DNA of 32,000 nucleotides, from the NCBI GenBank assembly GCA_963704755.1, contig OY969938.1:2220001-2252000 (forward strand), written 5' to 3'. Below are positions 24,301 through 29,493 of this stretch, in pieces. The first letter of the stretch is position 1, and each line of letters starts with the position of its first letter. The notes beneath the pieces are model-generated. The model saw only the letters and a program-made list of their open reading frames with translations. It made no database searches and was not told the DNA's origin. This stretch comes from an uncultured Chloroflexia bacterium. Its GTDB lineage: Bacteria; Chloroflexota; Anaerolineae; Anaerolineales; Anaerolineaceae. The position numbers and the translations under genes are program-made.

Positions 24301-25067
24301 TTGGCGCTCGTTTGGGCATTGACCGGTGCGTTAAAACTCACCCGTACGTCCAGCGAAGTGTAGATGCGCAGGATTCCCCGGACCGGGTTGTAGGCCAGCG
24401 GCCGCAAGACCACCGTCAGGCCGTGCCGGCCGCGGACGGTGAATTGCTCCTCCACCCCCACCGGTGAAGCCGGGTAGAACGCATCCGCGGAATAGAGCGA
24501 AGTATCCCCAGGGAGCGGGTCAGCACCCGGGCCGCACCTGGATTGAGACGCCTGCTCCGGTTGGATCAAACCGGCCAGCCCGGCCGAAGCCAGGTCCACA
24601 TCCACAAAGTCGCCGTCCAACACCTGCAAGGTGGGCTGTGCGCCGGCCGGGATTTCCAGGCTGCGGCGCAGCACCGGCAGGTCCGGAGCGCCGGGTTGGC
24701 CAGCCTGATCGAACCCGTCGCCCTCCAATTGGATCAGCGCGCCCACCCCGTCCGGGACGCCGCGGGCCAAGATGCCCGGGACGGACACATGCAAATCGAC
24801 GGCCCGGTTGGTCGATGCCTGCACCGTCACCGACGGATCGCTGTCCTGGGGTTGGTTTGATCCCAGCGGCAGCCAGGTCCACTCCGCTGCACCGGCCGGG
24901 TCCTGTGCCGCGACCGGGAGAAGCACAACCCCCAGCAAGACCAATCCCGCGGCCAGGGCAACCACCAGGCTCAAGATCCACAGATGGCGGCAAAAATGGG
25001 CCACCCGCGTTGAAATAAACTCATATTGAGTACGATGCTCGTTTGTAAACCAGGTTCTGGCGCTCAT
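21333..25067 (-). CDS. Large secreted multidomain protein with a peptidase C25 (gingipain-like) catalytic domain, about 1244 aa
   Basis: The start is trimmed to ATG 25067, with GAGG upstream. The N-terminal anchor is HLWILSLVVALAAGLVLLGVVLLPVAAQ. The C25 hallmarks are YLLLVGDSDTLP, IYMGHGS (His) and ASFACQT (Cys). These are followed by Ig/Fn3-like, MAM/jelly-roll-like and three CARDB-like segments. It ends in KIYLPVVER. Confidence 0.85.
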   Translation of the reverse strand: MSARTWFTNEHRTQYEFISTRVAHFCRHLWILSLVVALAAGLVLLGVVLLPVAAQDPAGAAEWTWLPLGSNQPQDSDPSVTVQASTNRAVDLHVSVPGILARGVPDGVGALIQLEGDGFDQAGQPGAPDLPVLRRSLEIPAGAQPTLQVLDGDFVDVDLASAGLAGLIQPEQASQSRCGPGADPLPGDTSLYSADAFYPASPVGVEEQFTVRGRHGLTVVLRPLAYNPVRGILRIYTSLDVRVSFNAPVNAQTSANTTLGELAVFSPLLERTFLNATPRIADTSLDSAAPRYLIVSADAFAGGLDGLVALKQSQGFQVTLKKLSETGTSAAQIKAAIAAQYQGADPPDYLLLVGDSDTLPAWPSQSGDGFTTDLYYATMDGASDYHADILTGRLPVRSADQLQAVIEKLLAYQDASGSEAWVNKAAFLASDDQAYYSVAESAHDYLIDTYFQAAGYSGTFPDDPQPGGDRLYAQTYRAGSAQVLDALNDGRSLVIYMGHGSSSAWTGPSLTQADVRGLSGTPVALVASFACQTASFGVAESLADTWVIQAGTGALDYLGASSNSYWNEDAVLEKAMGEAFFGSSQVTGVVYQSGLSVLDAWSASPAMRRYYHEIYQLFGDPSLEVLTGPKPSDFRLAVQPGRLAVCTGSSASTDVQLSIFSGSPEEVTLAVQGLPAGLTAGFTLNPVSLPGTSGLSLSAGQSTPAGSYLLQINASNHASSHQAGLDLVVNDELPAQAVPLQPANGSSAVELQPAFAWGPATQAVTYSLQVATDAGFSDLVVEEKDIDGTDFSLSADLEPGREYFWRVQAQNACGQGPVSLPARFITRPRAGECQPGTTLVQVYGQDFEGAAAGWTAGGSPDPWGLSDEVGHKSGQAFYTPALHGPGLADLAGPQIQLPQGVVAPFLAFWTRYEFDAASGTCVNGGYLEASDDNGQTWQKISQDELLVSPYDGTLSSAFDNPLGGEQAWCRSSDWTRVVVDLGAYAGQAMRLRFRQGLISAANDWGWAVDDLQVAYCSPAGDRYRVDLAAPETSRVAKPGEQAVFNLAVTNTGQEATTSQLAVEPAVWEVAVTPGQVVLGPGESAAVAVSVHLPADALPGQITTIRLVVQSLDDPIAWDTAALVVEVHRYGIGLAADRFSARAKPAETVEFALRVQNSGNAPETFDLSAVSQSGWPVDLAGSLDLQPGEEREVVLTITVPTNTPGGRRDDVTLRVFPHGADEAGQSLTFTVLVAEGKIYLPVVER

Positions 25068-25348
25068 ATCCCCGACCTCAAGCTGCGATGGTTTCTTGGA
25101 TGGAAGGCCCGGTGCGGGCAACGACGCATCTACCGGTAAGGCCAGAATGTAACAATATTTTCTCAATGGCCTGGCGGCCATTGCGCGGCTTATTTCCTCC
25201 CTGCGGCTATATCAATGAACGCGCTGCTTTCGCCAGGGCAGCTACAGTGACCAATTGCGAAACTTCTCAAATTCGGTTTTCTTTCCCGTTGAGCTGAGAA
25301 GTTACCGGATTGCTTCTATTATTGTATCCAAAATTACTCAAACCGGGT

Positions 25349-25401
25349 CGCATAAATGAGGGCATGTTTGCGCTTCACACAAACATACCCTCATTTATGC
25401 G
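25349..25401 (-). terminator. Terminator hairpin of the alcohol dehydrogenase gene
   Basis: A stem of about 22 bp, GCATAAATGAGGGCATGTTTG / CAAACATACCCTCATTTATGC (one mismatch), with a 9-nt loop. It overlaps the last codons and the stop at 25395-25397. Confidence 0.55.
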
Positions 25402-26396
25402 GCGATCCGCAGGACAGCCTCCCCGTTCAAGCGGCTGTTTTTCAAATCCAGCAAGGCCTGGTTGGCCCCCTCCAGCGGGTACTCGCTCACGCTGGAGTGG
25501 AGCGGGATTTCGACCGCCAGTTTTACAAACTCCACCCCATCCTGATAAGTGGCGTTGGCCACGCTGCGCAGGGTGCGCTCACCGTAGATCAGGCCGTAAT
25601 CCATCTGCGGAATGGGCGAGAGGTGCACCGCGTTGATCGCCAGGGTGCCGCCCGGGCGCAGTTTTTCCAACGCCAGCGGGATCAAGCCGCCGGCCGGCGC
25701 AAAGGTGATCGCCCGGTCGAGCGGTTTGGGCGGCTGCTGGTCGGCCGTGCCGGTCCAGGCCGCGCCCAGCAACTCGGCATGCCGGCGGTGCTCGGCCGAG
25801 CGGGTAAACGCGTACACTTCGCAGCCCCAGTAGCGAGCGACCTGGATGGCCAGGTGTGCGCTGGCGCCAAAGCCGAACAGGCCCAGGCGTTCACCGGGCT
25901 TCACGTCGGCTTTGTGCAAGGAGCGGTAGCCGATGATACCGGCGCACAGCAGCGGTGCGGCCTGCATGTCGGTCAGCGCGTCCGGCAATGGCAGGACGTA
26001 ATCCGCCCGGGCAACCATCCATTCGGCGAAACCGCCATCCACGTGAAAACCGGTGAATTGCGCGTACGGGCACAGGTTCTCCTCACCGCGCAGGCAGAAC
26101 TCACATTTTCCGCAGGCTCCGTACAGCCAGGGCACGCCCACGCGCTGGCCGGGTCGCAACCCTTGCACGCCCTCACCCAACCGGCTGACCTCGGCGACCA
26201 CCTGGTGCCCGGGTGTGAGCGGCAGCCTGGGCGGGTGGATATCACCCTCCACGATGTGCAGGTCGGTGTGGCAGACCCCACAGGCCAGCACCCGCAGCAG
26301 CACCTGACCGGCGCCCGGCTGCGGTGCGGGCAGGTCCATCTTTTGCAATGAATTCAGCCCGGCCGGGGCGGGCTGATGAAACCGCATGGCTATCAT
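25395..26396 (-). CDS. Zinc-dependent alcohol dehydrogenase (MDR superfamily)
   Basis: GVCHTDLH and GHQVVAEV are the catalytic Zn motifs. CGKCEFCLRGEENLC is the structural Zn site. GLFGFGASAH is a Rossmann motif. GGAGG lies 6 nt upstream of the ATG. Confidence 0.92.
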   Translation of the reverse strand: MIAMRFHQPAPAGLNSLQKMDLPAPQPGAGQVLLRVLACGVCHTDLHIVEGDIHPPRLPLTPGHQVVAEVSRLGEGVQGLRPGQRVGVPWLYGACGKCEFCLRGEENLCPYAQFTGFHVDGGFAEWMVARADYVLPLPDALTDMQAAPLLCAGIIGYRSLHKADVKPGERLGLFGFGASAHLAIQVARYWGCEVYAFTRSAEHRRHAELLGAAWTGTADQQPPKPLDRAITFAPAGGLIPLALEKLRPGGTLAINAVHLSPIPQMDYGLIYGERTLRSVANATYQDGVEFVKLAVEIPLHSSVSEYPLEGANQALLDLKNSRLNGEAVLRIAA

Positions 26397-26502
26397 AAGA
26401 CGCCTCCGCTAAGATTATACGCGAACCGGCTCCATAAGGTTGGGAGAAGTTGCATTCATGCGATTGCCGGGCCTCCATGATAGAATCTTAAGATGAGGAT
26501 GC

Positions 26503-27312
26503 ATGCCTGACCAGGAACGTACGCTGCGAGTGGATGCGGTCGTCTTACGCCACAGTGATTGGGGTGAAGCCGACCGGATGCTGGGCCTGTATACCCGTGA
26601 GCAGGGCAAGCTGCGCGCGGTGGCCAAAGGCGTGCGCCGCTTACGCTCGCGCAAAGCCGGTCACCTGGAGCCCTTCACCCGGGTCAAGTTGATGCTGGCC
26701 CGCGGCCGCGACCTGTGGATCGTGACCCAGGCCGAGACGATCAATGCCTACCTGCCCATCCGCGACGACCTGGAGCGCATCGGCCTGGCCAGCTACGTGA
26801 TCGAGCTGCTGGACCGCTTCAGCTACGAAGAAGGGCCCAACCGGCTGATCTACCAGTTGCTGACCGAAACCCTGGCACGCCTGGCCCTACCGAACGATCC
26901 CTATATCTGCGTGCGCTATTACGAGATCCGTCTGCTGGACCTGCTCGGCTTCCGGCCCCAGTTGAGCACCTGCCTGCACTGCGGGGCCGAGATCAAGCCC
27001 GAGGACCAGTTTTTCTCGGCCGCACTGGGTGGAATCATCTGCCCGCGCTGCAGTTCGTTCGAACCTGCGGCCAAACCGATCTCGGTTTCGGCGCTGAAAT
27101 ACCTGCGCCATCTGCAGCGCAGTACTTTTATCGAAGCCTCGCGCGCGCAAATCGAGCCGGGCATCCGCCAGGAGTTGGAGCAAATTTTACAGTACTACCT
27201 GACCTATCTGTTGGAACGCAAGTTGAATTCACCAGATTTTCTGCGCGAGGTGCGGCGCAAGAAAAATGTTCCCGAGCCCAAAAGCTCGCTTTCCGCTAAA
27301 CCTGAGGAATGA
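26503..27312 (+). CDS. recO: DNA repair protein RecO
   Basis: The OB-fold N-terminus is VDAVVLRHSDWGEADRMLGLYTREQGKLRAVAKGVRR. The zinc motif is CLHCG...ICPRC. GAGGA RBS. Confidence 0.92.
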   Translation: MPDQERTLRVDAVVLRHSDWGEADRMLGLYTREQGKLRAVAKGVRRLRSRKAGHLEPFTRVKLMLARGRDLWIVTQAETINAYLPIRDDLERIGLASYVIELLDRFSYEEGPNRLIYQLLTETLARLALPNDPYICVRYYEIRLLDLLGFRPQLSTCLHCGAEIKPEDQFFSAALGGIICPRCSSFEPAAKPISVSALKYLRHLQRSTFIEASRAQIEPGIRQELEQILQYYLTYLLERKLNSPDFLREVRRKKNVPEPKSSLSAKPEE

Positions 27313-27406
27313 GCGGCCCGGGTGCGCCCATAAAAATCACGTACAGGCTTTAGTTACTCATTTCCTATTTTAGTCACAATTAACTGTACATGCCGGCCAG
27401 ATACCT

Positions 27407-27435
27407 TTGCAAAGACTTGCATCTCGGGTTATATT
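27407..27435 (+). promoter_or_regulatory. Sigma70-type promoter: TTGCAA, 17-nt spacer, TATATT
   Basis: The -35 is at 27407-27412 and the -10 at 27430-27435. This would give a leader of about 158 nt for degV. Confidence 0.5.
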
Positions 27436-27600
27436 AAGGACTGGTATGGTTTAAGCTGCCGTCTCCACAAGCGGGAATTATTGGGAATGGGATTCGACCG
27501 GCGCCTGTTCGCGAGTTTCCATTTTCAGTTAAGTTTGGGGGCAGAGGCGTGAAATTGTAGTACGGCTGCAAGCCAATTTCAGGAGTACGAGGAGAAGTCG

Positions 27601-28446
27601 TTGGCCCCAATCAAAATCATCACGGATAGCACCGCTTACCTGCCGCTTTCCCTGGTAAAACAATATGCTATTGAAGTTATTCCCCTTACACTGCTCTGGG
27701 AAGGCAATTCATACCGGGATGGGGTAGATATTCAGGCGTCCGAATTCTACCGGCGCCTGGAAAATGCCAACAGCCTGCCCACCACCAGCCAGATTTCGGT
27801 GCAGGAATTCTCGGACAAATATAGAGAGTTGCTCGATCAGGGCTACGAGCTGCTGGTTATGCCGATTTCCAAAGGCATTTCCGGAACACTGTATTCGGCC
27901 TTGCAGGCCAAAAGCGAATTTCCCGGCCGGCCGATCGAAGTGATCGATACCCGCCTGGTTTCGATGGCGCTCAGCTTCCAGGTACTGGCCGCCGCCCGGG
28001 CCGCCGAGCAAGGCGCCAGCCTGGCCGAATGTAAAGCGGTTGCCGAAAGCGCTTATTCGAAAATTGGCGTCTATTTTACGGTGGATACGCTCAAATATCT
28101 GGCCGCCGGCGGGCGGATCAACAGCGCCCGGCGCATTCTGGGCACCGCCTTGAGCATCAAACCGCTGCTGGAGATCCGCGATGGCAAGATCGAGCTGGTC
28201 GAGAGTGTGATCACCAAGCGCAAGGCCATCGAGCGCATGATCCAGCGCTGCGAGCAGGATATCGACGGGCATACCCCGGTACGGGTATCGGTCTTCCACG
28301 CCAACGTACCCGAGCTGGCCCAATCCCTGCTGGAGCGGGTGGTCAAACAGTTCAATGCCGTCGAAGGCATTCTCAGTGAGGTCAGCCCGGTGGTGGGGGC
28401 CCACACCGGTCCCGGCACGATCTCGATCGCCTTTATGGCGGGATGA
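27601..28446 (+). CDS. DegV family fatty-acid-binding protein
   Basis: IKIITDSTAYLP and the overall ~280 aa DegV layout (ISGTLYSA, YFTVDTLKYLAAGGRI). TTG start with GAGGAG 6 nt upstream. Confidence 0.9.
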   Translation: MAPIKIITDSTAYLPLSLVKQYAIEVIPLTLLWEGNSYRDGVDIQASEFYRRLENANSLPTTSQISVQEFSDKYRELLDQGYELLVMPISKGISGTLYSALQAKSEFPGRPIEVIDTRLVSMALSFQVLAAARAAEQGASLAECKAVAESAYSKIGVYFTVDTLKYLAAGGRINSARRILGTALSIKPLLEIRDGKIELVESVITKRKAIERMIQRCEQDIDGHTPVRVSVFHANVPELAQSLLERVVKQFNAVEGILSEVSPVVGAHTGPGTISIAFMAG

Positions 28447-28489
28447 GGGAAGTGTCAGGTGCGGGGTGTCAAGGATGACACCCGTCCCC

Positions 28490-29492
28490 GTAGCCCGGCT
28501 TTCGCAGCCGGGTATGTGCCAGCCGGCAGACCCCTGGGTTAGAAAGCCAAGCGATTTGTCCGGGCCGGTGGCAGCTAAAGCTGCACCTACAGACACACGA
28601 AGACCCACCTGCGTGGGTCTCCTTTTCAGTGAAAGCCGGTTCCATGGACGGGGTTATATCGGGCCCGCGCTTTCTCGGGTTTGGAAACCCGAGCTACCCT
28701 ACCCCCAGCCCGGCAAAGGCCGGGCTTTGTGTTTTTGTTGCCGCGACCCTGGTCGCCGGCAGGCGCAGCTCGCCTGTAGCCCGGCTTTCAAAGCCGGGAA
28801 TACGCCTGGCCGGCAGACCCCCGGCGTAGAAAACCAAGCGTTATGCCCGAAGCGGTGGCAGCTAAAGCTGCACCTACGCGTAGACGAAGACCCACCTGCG
28901 TGGGTCTCCTTTTCGGCGAAAACCAGTTCCATTAACCGGGGTTTTGGTTGATTGGCGCTTTCTCGGGTTTGGAAACCCGAGCTACCCTACCCAAACTCTT
29001 AGCCCAGCGAAGGCCGGGAGGCGGGACGGGGGTTGGCTATGTGGCTTGGGGTTCAAATCCGAAACATTTGCCAGGCATAATCCTGTTCACGGAATCGGTC
29101 TGTATCGAAATGGAGACCCACGAAGGTGGGTCTTTGTGTTTTTGTTGCCGCGACCTCGGTCGCCGGCAGGCGCAGCCAGTCTGTAGCCCGGCTTTCAAAG
29201 CCGGGAATACGCCTGGCCAGCAGACCCCCGGCGTAGAAACCCAAGCGATTTGACCGGGCCGGTGGCAGCTAAAGCTGCACCTACAGACGCACAAAGACCC
29301 ACCTGCGTGGGTCTCCTTTTCGGCAAAAGCCGGTTCCATGGACAGGGTTATATCGGGCCGGCGCTTTCTCGGGTTTGGAAACCCGAGCTACTCAACCCCC
29401 AGCCCGGCGAAGGCCGGGCTTTGTGTTTTTATTGCCGCGACCTTGGTCACCGGCGGGCGCAGCGCTCTCTCGGGTTTGGAAACCCGAGCTAC
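28490..29492. repeat. Mosaic array of short hairpin modules (REP/BIME-like): three tandem composite units
   Basis: The units start at the GTAG at 28490, 28776 and 29183 and are about 286, 407 and 281 bp long. An extra terminal module lies at 29466-29492. Each unit contains, in the same order: GTAGCCCGGCTTTCAAAGCCGGG; GCAGCTAAAGCTGCACCTAC; AGACCCACCTGCGTGGGTCT; CTCGGGTTTGGAAACCCGAGCTAC; AGCCCGGCAAAGGCCGGGCT; GCGACCCTGGTCGC. Unit 2 carries an insertion of about 140 bp (28995-29140). Confidence 0.9.
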
Positions 29493-29493
29493 C

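Noticed and set aside
27470-27500. tmRNA-like 5' string GGGAATGGGATTCGACCGG
   Set aside because: No tRNA-like 3' end (T-arm plus CCA), tag ORF or pseudoknot region follows. The degV CDS starts about 100 nt later.
29040-29070. tRNA-like T-loop string GGGGTTCAAATCCGAAAC
   Set aside because: The flanks of TTCAAAT are not complementary (GGGG versus CCGA), and no acceptor or anticodon arms can be drawn. It lies inside the insertion in repeat unit 2.
28490-29492. Possible CRISPR array, suggested by the repeated 20-30 bp palindromic units such as CTCGGGTTTGGAAACCCGAG at 28674, 28962, 29368 and 29469
   Set aside because: Spacing is irregular (about 288, 406 and 101 bp). The sequences between the repeats are themselves repeated rather than unique spacers. 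Several different repeat families are interleaved, and there are no cas genes.
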